Assembly: GCA_963717935.1 (NCBI GenBank)
Contig: CAVQXP010000004.1
Location: 1,632,001 to 1,696,000, forward strand
Length of the DNA stretch: 64,000 nt
Direction: 5' to 3'
DNA from: Candidatus Eiseniibacteriota bacterium
GTDB taxonomy: Bacteria; Eisenbacteria; RBG-16-71-46
This document shows positions 40,514 through 54,567 of the stretch, in pieces (the stretch's first letter is position 1; every line of letters begins with the position of its first letter). Both the position numbers and the translations under genes were made by a program. The notes below the pieces were generated by a model that did no database searches, was not told the DNA's origin, and was given only the letters and a program-made list of their open reading frames with translations.

Positions 40514-42929
40514 TCAGTGGATCAGGGCGAGTCTCGAAACGAAGGTCCGGCCCTCGGTCATGAGCCTCACGAAGTAGAGTCCGGCGGGCAGCGTGCGCCC
40601 GCTCTCGTCGCATCCATCCCAGGTGAGCGTGCGCTCGCCCGCGGGCTGCGTGCTGGCGACGAGGCTCCGCACCCGGCGCCCCTGCTGGTCGTAGAGCGCG
40701 AGTTCGACGTGCGCCGCGCGCGGCAGGCCGAAGCGCAGCGTGGTCGCGCCGCGCGTGGGGTTGGGCGCGGGCGGCGCCAGGGAGACCGCGCGCGGCAGCG
40801 CGGGCCCCGGCACGTCCGTGGTGCCCGAAGGCAGCAGCGTGCTGAAGCTGCTCACGTTGCCGTGCAGGTCCAGGGCGCAGAGCTTGTAGTAGTACGGCGC
40901 GCCCGCCACGTCCACGTAGCCGGTGTTGGACTGGGCCGCCACCAGGTTCGCGGGCTCCGGCACGAAGTCGGCCGTGCTGCCGCGGTAAAGCCGGTACCCG
41001 GCCAGATCGACGGCGGGATTGACCGCCCACTGCAGGATGGCGGTGCCGTCCGTGTACTCGCCGGTGAAGGGCGCGGGTGCCGGGGGCGCGAGGTCGTCCA
41101 CCGAGTAGCCCGAGTCGGGAGCGGAGGACCACCACTGGGTGCCGCCGACCGCCCAGGCCTGGACCAGGAAGGCCGTGACCGGATTGGAGTCCGCGATCGA
41201 GTCCCCGGTGGTCGGCGCGACCATGCTGTAGGCAGGCAGGTGGTAGGCCTCCTGGGCCCCGACGTACTCCCAGTAGTAGGTCAGCATGCCGGAGGTCGTG
41301 ACGAGCAGCCGACCCGGCAGGCTCGCGGCCTCGCCCGGGTCCTGCGTGAGCGTGGCGCCGCTACGGATCGCCCGGGCCGCGAGGTTGGGGGGGGCCGAGC
41401 GGAAGACGAGGTAGTTGTCTACGTTCCGGAACAGCGGGTCCACGTCGAGCGGGCTCGCGTTCCAGGAGACCTTGACCAGGCCGCCCTCGTCGTTCGGGAT
41501 GTCGCGCACGCTGGCGATGGCCGGCTCCGCGCCGAGATAGCCCCACTCGTCCACGCGCTGGGCGTAGATGTCGGAGTTGCCGCTGCGCCCGTCGTGCCAG
41601 GTGACGATGGCCCCGCACGCGCCGTCCGAGACGAGCGTGGGGTACATCTGATCGAGGATGGCGGTGCAGAGGGCCACGCCATTGGCCGTCCACTGGACCG
41701 CGCCGGTGGCCGAGATCCGCTGGGCGTAGATGTCGGAGTTGCCGCTGCGGTAGTCGTGCCAGGTGACGATGGCCCCGCCCGTCCCGTCCGAGACGATGGT
41801 GGGGTGGTACTGGGCGGCGACGCTGGTGCAGAGGGGCACGCCGTTGGCCGTCCACTGGACCGTGCCGGTGGCCGAGATCCGCTGGGCGTAGATGTCGGAG
41901 TTGCCGCTGCGGTAGTCGTACCAGGTGACGATGGCCCCGCCCGCGCCGTCCGAGACGAGGGTGGGGTAGTACTGATCGCCGGTGGCGGTGCAGAGGGCCA
42001 CGCCGTTGGCCGTCCACTGGACCGCGCCACTGGCCGAGACCCGCTGGGCGTAGATGTCGTAGCTGGTGCCGCTGCGGTAGTCGTACCAGGTGACGATGGC
42101 CCCGCCCGCGCCGTCCGAGGCGAGGGTGGGGTAGGACTGTTCGCTGGCGGCGGTGCAGAGGGCCACGCCGTTGGCCATCCACTGGACCGTGCCGGCGGCC
42201 GAGATCCGCTGGGCGTAGATGTCCCCGTTGCCGCTGCGCTGGTCCTGCCAGGTGACGATGGCCCCACCCGCGTCGTCCGAGGCGATGGTGCAGGCGTACT
42301 GATCGCTGGTGGCGGTGCAGAGGGGCACGCCGTTGGCCGTCCACTGGACCACGCCGTTGGCCGAGATCCGCTGGGCGTAGATGTCGTAGTTGGTGCCGCT
42401 GCGGTAGTCGTACCAGGTGACGATGGCCCCGCCCGCGCCGTCCGAGACGAGGGTGGGATCGTACTGGGTGGTGACGCTGGTGCAGAGGGCCACGCCGTCG
42501 GCCGTCCACTGGACCACGCCGTTGGCCGAGATCCGCTGGGCGTAGATGTCGTAGTTGCCGCTGCGGTAGTCGTACCAGGTGACGATGGCCCCGCCCGCGC
42601 CGTCCGAGGTGATGGTGGGGCCATCCTGCTCGCCGGTGGCGGTGCAGAGGGCCACGCCGTCGGCCGTCCACTGGACCGCGCCGTTGGCCGAGATCCGCTG
42701 GGCGTAGATGTCGTAGCTGGTGCCGCTGCGGTAGTCGCGCCAGGTGACGATGGCTCCGCCCGCGCCGTCCGAGGTGATGGTGGGGCTGTACTGAGAGCCC
42801 GATGGCGGTGCAGACCGGCACGTTGACGGCCGGCTCGTGGGGCCAGGCGCTCCATGCCGGGCGCGGGGCTGCTGCAAGGGCGGTGGCAAGGAGCGCGATG
42901 GCGAGCAGGGGGACTGGGGTCCGGATCAT
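40514..42929 (-). CDS. Secreted repeat protein (eight 54-55 aa repeats, FN3-like region, FlgD-Ig/T9SS-like CTD); frameshift near 42795
   Basis: Signal peptide MIRTPVPLLAIALL (ORF 41361-42929) joins ORF 40514-42889; repeats SDGAGGAIVTWxDxRSG..DIYAQR; C-terminus PAPNP..LYD..GRRVR..WDG.D..G..AGLYFVRL. Confidence 0.85.
41550..42795 (-). repeat. Intragenic tandem repeats of 162-165 nt, seven full and one partial
   Basis: Near-identical blocks such as CGCTGGGCGTAGATGTC and CCAGGTGACGATGGCCCC recur at this period on the plus strand. Confidence 0.9.
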
Positions 42930-43087
42930 GGTGCACCTCCCGAGGGACGCACGCGGAACCGCCTGGCCTGGGACGACCTGCCCGTGTTTCGATCGAGGAA
43001 GGCGGCACCAGTGCGGCCGAAACGCAGTGAAGTATGCACCTGCGGGGCAGGGGATTCAACGATCGAGTTCGATGGATGCGCGCCCGC

Positions 43088-46064
43088 TCACGCCCCGGGC
43101 TTGTAGATGACGCCGCGGTTCTGGCGGCCGTTCATCTTCACGAGCAGCGGCTGCTCGAAGCGCAGCAGGCGCACGTGCCCGTCCACGGCCTCGGCCGGCT
43201 GTGCGGCGAGCCAGTCCCAGTCCACGAAGCCTTCGCCATGTTCCGGGTTGGCGGTGAAGTAGCCGATCTGGAACGAGGTCAGGTTCTGGAAGAAGTGGCT
43301 GCCCTGCGAGGGCGTGACGCGGAAGTCGCGGAACCCGGCCTCGACGATGACGCGCGCTCCGGAGATCTCGTCCCAGGTGACGGGGATGCCGAGCCACGGG
43401 TCGGTCGAGCCCCAGCGCCCCACGCCGATCAGCAGGTAGGGCGCGCCGCGCGCGAGCAGCTCGGCGTTGAAGCGCGCCACGGCGCGGGCGGCCTGGGGGC
43501 TCTGGGCGCGGTCGAAGCGGTGGAAGTCCACCACCACGACGTGCCGCAGGTCGTCCACCTGGCCGTTGCCCAGCACCTTGGGGCTCAGGCACAGGAGCCG
43601 CGCGGGATCCGTGTCGTCGATCTCGAGCGCGGCGGTCTCGCGCGCGAGCACGAGCGGGCGCATCTGCAGGAAGCCGAACTCGCGCGGCGCCCCGGGGGGC
43701 ACGTCGAGGCGCACCGCGAACTCGATCTCGGTGGCGCGGTTCATGCCGTGTCCAGCCATGTCGAGCAGGGCCTCGAGGATCTCGGCGAGCGGGAAGACGC
43801 CGTGCTTGAGCACGGGCGCGAAGGAGACCAGCCGCACGCCGGGCCGCGACAGCCCGTCGTAGACGACGCTGTTCTCGTGCGAGTAGGTGGAGCCGAGCGC
43901 GAAGAGCGTCCCGTCCGCCTCGGCGACCTCGAGGTCGAAGCGGCTCTCCCGCAGTTCCCGCTCGGGGTCCCCGCTCGCGGCGGGGTCCAGCTCCAGCGCC
44001 CAGAACTGGCGCTGCGAGTTCCTGACCATGTCCTTCACGGACGAGAACTGCAGCAGGTGCTGCGGGTAGCGCGGGCAGAAGGTCAGGCACTTCTCGCCCT
44101 CGACCACCGAGCGGCCGAGTCCGAGCGCCACGGCGGCCACGCCGTCCTCGGACTTGAGCGGGAGGGTGGGATAGAAGTTGAAGGAGCGGGCCACCCCGGA
44201 GAAGATCCGGATAGAAGCGCCCGCCGTGCGGCGCGCCGACGACCTTCTGCAGGATGACCGCCATCTTCTCTTCTTCGAGCCGGTAGGGCGTGGCCCGCAG
44301 GTAGCCCCGCGCGTGACGGCTGAAGGTGGAGGCGTACACGCGCCGGATGGCGTCCAGGAGCCGCTTGAGCCGCACGCGCGGGTCGGGGTTGTGGTTCGGC
44401 AGCATGAAGGTCTCGTAGACCCCGGTGAACGGCTGGTACTGCGAGTCCTCGAGCAGGCTCGACGAACGCACCGCCAGCGGGCAGCGCACGGCGTCGAGGA
44501 ACGCGGTCAGGTCGGCGAGCACGTCGTCGGGGAAGCGGGCGGCGAGGAAGCGCCGCTGGATCTCGCCTTCGTCGTTCGAGTGCAGGGCCAGGTCCAGCAG
44601 GTCGTTCTCGACCAGGAAACGGTCGAACACGTCGGTGGCCAGCACCACCGCCGCCGGCACGCCGATGTGCACGTCGGGGAAGCGCCGGTTCAGCTGGCGC
44701 AGGCCGAGCAGCCGCCGCACGAAGGCGAGGCCCCGCGCCTTGCCGCCGAGCGAGCCCCCGCCGATGCGAAGGAAGAAGGGGGCCGCGGGGTCGAACGTCC
44801 TGGGGTCGAAGTCCCCGACCAGCGATTCGGCCTGCTCGCGCCGGTACCCGGCGATCGAATCGATCAGGTCCTCGCGCAGCTCTTCGAGGCTGGCGTAGTC
44901 CGGGACCTTGCGCGGGCGCAGCCGGTGGGCCAGCGCGAACTCGGTGCGGGCGGTGAGCCAGTTGGAGAAGTGGTTGCGCTCGGCGTGGTAGCCGACGCTC
45001 TCCGCGGGCACGGTGTGCAGCTTGGCTTCGAGCGACTTGAGGTCGGCGGCGCGATCCACCTCGCGCCCGTCGGGCAGCCGGAAGACGAAATCGCCGAAGG
45101 CGAACTGCTCGACCAGGAAGCGGCGCAGGTCCTGGAGCATGGCGTCCGAGCCCTTGAGCAGGAAGGGCATGCCCGCCGCCTGCGCGCGCGCGGCGAACTC
45201 CACGCGGCCGGACTGGATCAGGATGGGCAGGTCGAACGCGTGCTGGCGCGCCATGCGGGCCAGCTCGAAGCCGGCCTCGCGGGACAACTCGCGGCCGCGC
45301 GGGAACTCCACGTCGGTGATGATGCCCAGCAGGTGGTCGCGGTGGGCCAGGAAGCGCTCCCAGGCCTCCTCGAAGGTCGTGCACAGGAGGATCTTGGGGC
45401 GGGCGCGCAGCCGCACCAGCTTGTGGGAGAGGTTCACGCCCTCGCTGATGAGCCGCTCGGACTGGCGGATGATCTCGGTGTAGATGGTGGGCAGGAACGA
45501 GGAGTAGTAGCGGATGTTGTCCTCGACCAGGAGGATGACGCGCACCCCCGTCGCGCGCGTGTCGTGCGCCGCGTTCCGCTGGTCCTCGATGGTGTTGACG
45601 ATGGCGAGCAGGATGCGCGCATTGCCCTGCCACAGGAAGCAGCGCTCGATGCCCGTGGTGTCGGCGCGCGCGACGAAGTCGCCGAGTTCCCGGTCGTCGT
45701 AGGCCAGCACCACGACCGGCACGTCCAGGCCGGCCGCGCGGACCGCGCGCGCCAGGTCGGTCGCGTCCATGTCGCCGGTCTGGATCGTGGTGACGATGAG
45801 GTTGAAGCGCGGTTGCTCGCGGGCCAGGGCCAGCGCCTCGGCGCCGCTCGAGACGTGGGTGATGCCCGGCGTGCGATGCAGGTTGAGGTCGAGGTACTCG
45901 CTCAGGATGAGCTCGTTCAGCCGCCCGTCCTCCTGCAGCGTGAAGGCGTCGTAGAGGCTGGAAACGAGCAGGATGTCCTGCACCCGCCAGGGCATCAGGT
46001 CCTGGAAGCCCTGCAGGGTGCCGCCCGGCGCAGGGTCCGACAGGCGGGGCGCCGCGTCATCCAC
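43088..46064 (-). CDS. Receiver-like domains plus PEP/pyruvate-binding (PPDK_N, ATP-grasp) domain protein; frameshift near 44200
   Basis: ILLVSSLYDAF, ILLVEDNIRYYS, IITDVEFP, GGGSLGGKARGL, LAVRSSSLLEDS, EKMAV.LQ, FLQMRP, SQGSHFFQN; GGAGG RBS. Confidence 0.85.
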
Positions 46065-46076
46065 GGGTCACCTCCG

Positions 46077-46114
46077 AAGAAAAAGGCGCGGAGTGGAAGC
46101 CTCCACCCCGCGCC
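46077..46114 (-). terminator. Intrinsic terminator after gdhA
   Basis: Minus strand GGCGCGGGGTGGA-GGCT-TCCACTCCGCGCC followed by TTTTTCTT. Confidence 0.75.
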
Positions 46115-46135
46115 CGTGCATCGTGAAGATCCGCT

Positions 46136-48575
<2,440 letters not shown>

Positions 48576-48632
48576 CGGGCCATACATCGCATGCCGGGCC
48601 CGCGGCCGCAAGTGCGGACCGTGGGCCCGGCA

Positions 48633-48661
48633 TTGACCGCCCCGGCCCGGGCGGGGATACT
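48633..48661 (+). promoter_or_regulatory. Putative sigma70 promoter of the GWxTD gene
   Basis: TTGACC-N17-GATACT just upstream of ATG 48684. Confidence 0.5.
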
Positions 48662-48683
48662 GCGCGCGGCCGGGACGGCGACC

Positions 48684-50603
48684 ATGCCCTTGAAACGGAT
48701 CTCATCGCTCATTCTGCTGCTCTTCCTCGCCGGGATCGCGGGCGCCGCCTCCGATCCGGCCATCCCCACCCGTGCCCGCGAGCAGGCCGCAGCGCTCTAC
48801 CAGCGCTCGCTCGGGTGGCTCGCGCACGACACGGTCGAGACGCGCCGCCAGGCGGTGCAGGCGCTGGAGGAGGCCACGGTCCTCGATCCCGGAAACGCCA
48901 CCTACGAGCTGGCGCTGGCCCGGGCCTACTACCACGGCGGGCAGCTGAGGAACGCGCGCCAGCGCTTCGAGCGGGTGGCGCGGATCCAGCCCGGGGACGC
49001 GGCCGGCCACCGGGGCCTGGGCCTCATCTGGCGGCGGGACTGGCTCAAGTACCTCGACCGCCGTTCGCTCGACCGGGCGGTGGAGCATCTCGAGACGGCG
49101 GCCCGGCTCGACTCCGGGAACACGGATGCCTGGCTGACGCTGGCGCCGCTGCGCGTCGAGCAGGGCGACCTTGCGGGCGCCTTGCGGGCCGCCTTCCGCG
49201 CGCTGCGCTCCGATCCCGGCCGGTCCGAGGCCCGTCTCGCCGTGGCGCACGCGCTGTACCGGAGCGGGATGCTGCGCGAGGCCGACAGCGTCTTCGGCGC
49301 CACCATCCCGCGGCTCGGGACCAGGGTGCGCGAGCGCTACGAGGACATCAGCCCGGTCGCCACCGAGCAGGACACGGCCCTCCTGCGCAGCCTGCCGCGG
49401 GCGGACAAGGCGGCCTTCGTCGAGCGCTTCTGGCGGGAGAACGACCCGGATCTCACCACCGCCGAGAACGAGGCGCGCCTGGAGTACTGGTCGCGCGTGA
49501 CGCAGGCCTACTTCCTGTTCTTCGACGTGAAGCGCGGCGGCTGGGACGAGCGCGGCGAGGTCTACGTGCGCTACGGGCCGCCCGCCGAGATGCAGTACAA
49601 CCCGCTGGGCGGGAAGCTGAGCTGGGCCTTCGGCACCGGACCGGAGTCCGCCGCGCGAACCTGCTGGTGTGGAACTACCCGGAGCTGGGCATGCGGTGGC
49701 CCTGCGAGGACCGGCTGCTCTCCGAGCACTACCTGCTGCCGGTCTCGCGTTACTCGGACCCCGACCCGCTGCCCGATCCCGACTCGCTGGCGAGGTGCGC
49801 GGACGCGCTCGGCACGCGCGGCGGGCGCGGCGTGTTCCACCTGCTTCCGCCGGGCACGAAGCCGCTGCCGCTCGAGGGCCTCGTGGCCCGCTTCGAGGGC
49901 AGCGCCGGCCCGCGCGTGCTCGTGCAGTTCGAGATGCCCGGAGGGCCGGCCGACAGCGTGTGGGCCGACTGGGCCGTGCTCGACTCGGCGCGGGTGGTGC
50001 GCGCGCGCGCCTCGCTCCTGCTCGGGCCCTCGGCGTGCGCGGCCGCGACCCGGCGCGTCGGCGACTTCGCGGCCGATCTCGAGCCCGGCCCCTACGTCGT
50101 CAGCGTGACCGTGCGCGACGGCGCGGGCCGGCCGCGGCGTCCTGCGCGCGCCGGTCGAGCTCGCAGCCGCGCGGCCGGTGCTGGCGCTGAGCGACGTGGT
50201 CATCGCCTGCGGCGTCCCGGAGAACGGGCGCCGGCCCGGTGCGCATCGAGCCCAACCCGGGCGCGCGGGTCGCCGGGGCCGGGCCGCTCACGGCCTACTT
50301 CGAGATCTACCACCTGCAGCCCGAGAGCGACGGGCTCGCGCGCTTCGAGTACGTCTACACCGTGCGGTCCACGACGCCGGACGACTCGCGCCACTGGATG
50401 GCGAAGCTCTTCTCGCCCGCGCCGCCGCCCGGCCGTCTCGGTCTCGCGCGAGGAACAGCACCTGGGCGCGCTGCGGCGGCAGTTCATCTCGGTGCCGGTG
50501 GGCTCGCTGCGCGCCCGGGCGCTACCGGCTCGAGATCAGCGTGCGCGACCTGGTCGCCGAGACCTCGGTCGCGAGGAAGCTGGGGTTCGTCAAGACGCGG
50601 TAG
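48684..50603 (+). CDS. TPR plus GWxTD domain protein; frameshifted
   Basis: Signal peptide, TPR-like helices, FW...DPD..T.ENE..LEY..RV..A...F, GWDERGEVYVRYGPP; C-terminal YFEIY.L and PGRYRL.I.V.D. Confidence 0.8.
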
Positions 50604-51458
50604 GTGGCGCGGGGCCCGCCGCCGGACGCGGGCCTCGGCTCCCGGCCCACCCGCGCCACGGGCGATGATCGCTTCCATCGTCGTGGACGTCGGCCGTTGC
50701 TGGCGAGGATCTCGCGGCCGTCGAGCCGCGAACTCGCCGCCGTCGTAGGCGGTCACGAGGCCGCCCGCCTCGCGCACCAGCAGCATGCCCGCCGCCACGT
50801 CCCAGGGCGAGAGGGACGTCTCCCAGAAGCCGTCGAAGCGCCCGCAGGCCAGGTAGCAGAGGTTCAGCGCGGCCGAGCCGTCGCGGCGGACGGCCTGCGC
50901 GCGCACCAGGAAGGCCTCGACAGGGGGCAGCGAACGCTCCGGGTGCTCGCGCACGTCGTAGGGGAAGCCGGTCACGAGCAGCGCGTCCTCGACGCGCGCG
51001 ACGTCCGAGACGCGGATGGGCGCGGCCGTTCAGCGTTGCGCCGTGTCCCGGCGGCCGCCGCGAACAACTCGTCGCGCACTGGGTCGTAGACCACGCCCGC
51101 GGCCAGGCCGGCCCGCGACCTCGGCGGCGATGGAGACGCAGAAGAACGGGTAGTTGTGCGTGAAGTTGGTGGTGCCGTCGAGCGGGTCCACGATCCAGCG
51201 CAGCGCCCCCGGCGCGCCCGCCGGGTCGCCGGCGTGCGCGCCCGACTCCTCGGCGAGGATGGCGTGGCCGGGGAAGCGCTGGCGGAGGCCGTCGAGCACC
51301 AGACGCTCCGAGCGGCGGTCGTACTCGGTGACCAGGTCGATGCGGCCCTTGCGCTCGGGGACGTGCGCGCGGCCGTGGCCCTCGCGCAGGATGGCGCCGG
51401 CCGCGCGGGCCAGCTCCACGGCGGCGTCGCGCAAATCGCGCGGATCGGTCGCGCTCAC
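50590..51458 (-). CDS. suhB: Inositol monophosphatase family protein; frameshifted, 3' end approximate
   Basis: DLVTEYDR..E, ILAEE, WIVDPLDGTTNF, TGFPYD, GSAAL.LCY.A.GR.DG, PWDVAAG.L.V.EAGG. Confidence 0.88.
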
Positions 51459-54433
51459 GCCGGCCCCCGCGCGGCGCTGTGGATGCAGAAGCGCGAGTAG
51501 GGGCAGTAGCCGCAGTTGCGCTGGTCGGGCTTCGGCGGGAACTGGGCGCTGCGGATGCCAGCCGCGGCCTTCGCGACGCGCTCGCGGGCGCGCTCGAGGT
51601 GCTCGGGCTTCACCTCGCCCGAGCCCACCGTGCCGGGCCCGACGAAGTGCAGCTCGGTGCGCGCCGGCAGCACGCCGAGCGTCTCGCGGTAGGCCAGGGC
51701 GTAGAGCCCGAGCTGGCCGTCGCTGCAGGTCGGTCTTCGCGCGCTCCGCGGCCTTCTCGGGGTCGCCCGACCTCGGAGGTCTTGTAGTCCACCAGCACGA
51801 TGCCCTCCGGGCGCTCGTCGATCGCGGTCCCAGCGGCCCACCACCAGGTCGTCGCCGAGCTTGAAGCGGAAGTCGCGCTCGATGGCGAGCGGCGCCTGCC
51901 GGCGTGCCTCCTCGCGCGCGACGAAGCGACGCAGGGTGTCGCGGCCCTCCTCGAACCGGCGCTCCTCGTGCTCGCGCGAGTAGAAGCCCTCGCTCGACCA
52001 CGCGCCGGTCGAAGGCACCGAGACCACGTCGTCGACGGTGATGGGCAGCCCCTTCATGCGGTGCTGGTGGTAGACGCGGATGGCATGGTGGATGGCCATC
52101 GCCGTACATCACAGTCGGGTTCGAGCCGAGCGGCACCTGCGCGACGTGGGCGTAGCGGTACTTGAGCGGGCAGGTGAGGTAGTCGTCCACCTGACCGAAC
52201 GAGATGCGCAGCGGCTGCTCCGGCGGCACGGGCGCGATCTCGGCGGCGGTGCGTCCTCGGGCGCCGGCGCGTAGCGCGCGATGGATTCGAGCGCCGAGGC
52301 CGCCGCACCGCTCCTGGGCGGATTCGGCAGGTCGAGCGCCTCGATCACGAAGCGGCTCGGCTTGTGCGCGCGCTGGCCGCCGTAGTCCGCGGCGTGGGTG
52401 AGCACCAGCCGGTCGCGCGCGCGGGTCATGCCTGACGTAGAAGAGCCGCCGCTCCTCGCGGTAGTGCTCGCCGGCGTCGTCCGGCGACGCCCTTGCGCAG
52501 TTCGGGCGGGAAGGGCAATGGGTCGCCCTGCGGAAGCGCGGGAAGCGGCCCTCGACCAGGTGCACCAGGTAGACCACCGGGAACTCGAGACCCTTGGCGT
52601 TGTGGACGGTCAGCAGGTGCACCGCGTCCTCTTCGTTCTCGATCGCGGCCGCGGCCGGATCGTCGCCCATCTCGATGAGCAGGTCGAGGTGCCCCATGAA
52701 GTGCAGCCACGCGATCCTGCTTGCAGCAGCGGCCCGACGCGGGCCACGATCGAGAAGAGCCGGTTGAGGTTCAGCACGCGCTCGGCGGCCTCGGCGCTGT
52801 CGTCGGCGGCGAGCCGGCCGAGCAGTCCGCTCTCGGTCACGAACTCGTAGAGCACCTCCGAGGTCGGGCCGGCGCAGCGCGCTGGCGGCGAGCCGGCGGT
52901 GCAGGTCGGAGAAACGGCGGACGGCCTCGCGGGTGGATTCGGCCAGACCGGCCTCGCCGTCGCGCCGCCTCGCGCGGCGAGGGCGAGGAGCCCGCGGTGG
53001 CTGCGCCGGGCCGCGGCCCCGAGGCGCGCCAGGTCCACCGGGTCGGCCCCGAACACGGGATCGCCCAGCGCCAGGTAGGTGGCCGCGCCGTCGTCGGGGT
53101 CGGCCAGCGTGCGCAGGACGTTGAGGCACAGGTGCACCTCGGGCCGCGCGTAGAGTCCGCGCAGCCCGACGCGACGGAAGCGCACGCCGACGGACTTGCA
53201 GCGCGAGCGCGAACGCGTCGAGGCTGGAGTGCGCGCGCGCCAGCACGGCGAAGTCCTGCGCCTGCCGTTCCGCCGGCCGCGATCGCGGCGGCGATCTCGG
53301 CGGCCACGGTCTCGGCCTCGTCGCTGGCGCAGGCGAAGGCGCGGTGCTCGACCGGCGCGTCGATGCCGCGCCAGGCGAGCAGGCGCTTGTCGTAGCCCAG
53401 CCGCGCCTCGAGGCGGGCCGGGTTGTTGGCCTGGATGAGGCGGTGCGCCAGGTCGAGGATGCGCTGCCCGGAGCGGTAGTTCTGCGCGCAGCAGCAGCAC
53501 GCGCGCGCCGGGGAAGACCTCGAGGAAGCCGAGCAGGTTCTCGACCTTGGCGCCGCGGAAGCGATAGATGCTCTGGTCGTCGTCGCCCACCACGGTGAGG
53601 TTGCCGCGACCCTCCGGCCAGCAGTCTTCACCAGCTCGAACTGGACGTGGTTGGTGTCCTGGAACTCGTCCACCAGCACGTAGCGGTAGCGCTCCTGGAG
53701 CTCGCGCCGCAGGTAGGCGCGCTCGCGCAGCAGGCGCAGCGCGAGGCTGATCTGCGAGCCGAAGTCCACGCGCCCGCTCTCGAGCAGCAGCTTCTGGTAG
53801 GCGCCGTAGGCGCGCGCCTTCTCGAGCTCGGCTTCGGCGCGGTCGCGCAGGGCCGGGTCGTCGCCGGCGTCCGCGGCGAGCTGCGCGGCGAAGGCGGCGT
53901 ACTCCGTCCGGGCGTCACGTCCTCGTCGCGCGCGCGGTCGAAGCAGGCGACCAGGGCCTTCAGGTGCTCGTCGGGGTTGCCCAGCGGCAGGTAAGCGCTC
54001 GAGCCCCAGGTCGAAGAGCCGCTCCCGCAGGAACACCAGGATCTCGGCCGGCGTCTCGACCCGCAGCTGCGAGGTGAGTCCCAGCTCCACGGCGTGCTCG
54101 CGCACCAGCCGGTCGCAGAAGGCGTGGAAGGTGGAGAGCGTCGCGCCCACGAACCCGTAGGGCACGAGCACGTCGACGCGCGCCTCCATCTCGGCGGCGG
54201 CCTTGTCGGTGAAGGTGAGGCCGAGGATCTCCTCGGGGCGGGCGCGCTTGGTGGCGATGAGCCAGGCGATGCGGCGCGTGACGACCTGGGTCTTGCCCGT
54301 GCCCGCGCCCGCCACGATCAGGAGCGGGCCCTCGCCGTGGGTGACGGCTTCGAGCTGCTCCGGGATTGAGGCCTTCGAGGATGCGCTCGACCCCCGGTGC
54401 CGGGGCGGGACCCGGAACGGCGCCCGCGCTCAC
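51455..54433 (-). CDS. UvrD/PcrA-like SF1 helicase with C-terminal PD-(D/E)XK nuclease (AdnA/AddA-like); many frameshifts
   Basis: [76 protein letters not shown]...VDYKT...QL.LY...[10 protein letters not shown]. Confidence 0.88.
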
Positions 54434-54567
54434 GATGCGAGGCCGTCGGGAGAAAGGGAGGGGCTCACGGCCGGACGCTAGCATGGCCCGAGGCGGCACG
54501 GGCACCGGCTCGTCCCGGCGCCGGCCGCTTCCGCCCGGCGCCGAAGCCGTCTAGACTGCGCCCGCCC

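Noticed and set aside
41550..42795. Tandem repeats as a possible CRISPR array or DGR template/variable repeat
   Set aside because: Repeats are in-frame 162-165 nt coding units with no unique spacers; no cas or reverse transcriptase gene nearby.
51455..52200. Cas4-like nuclease suggesting a CRISPR or defence locus
   Set aside because: It is the C-terminal domain of the UvrD-like helicase, in a housekeeping neighbourhood.
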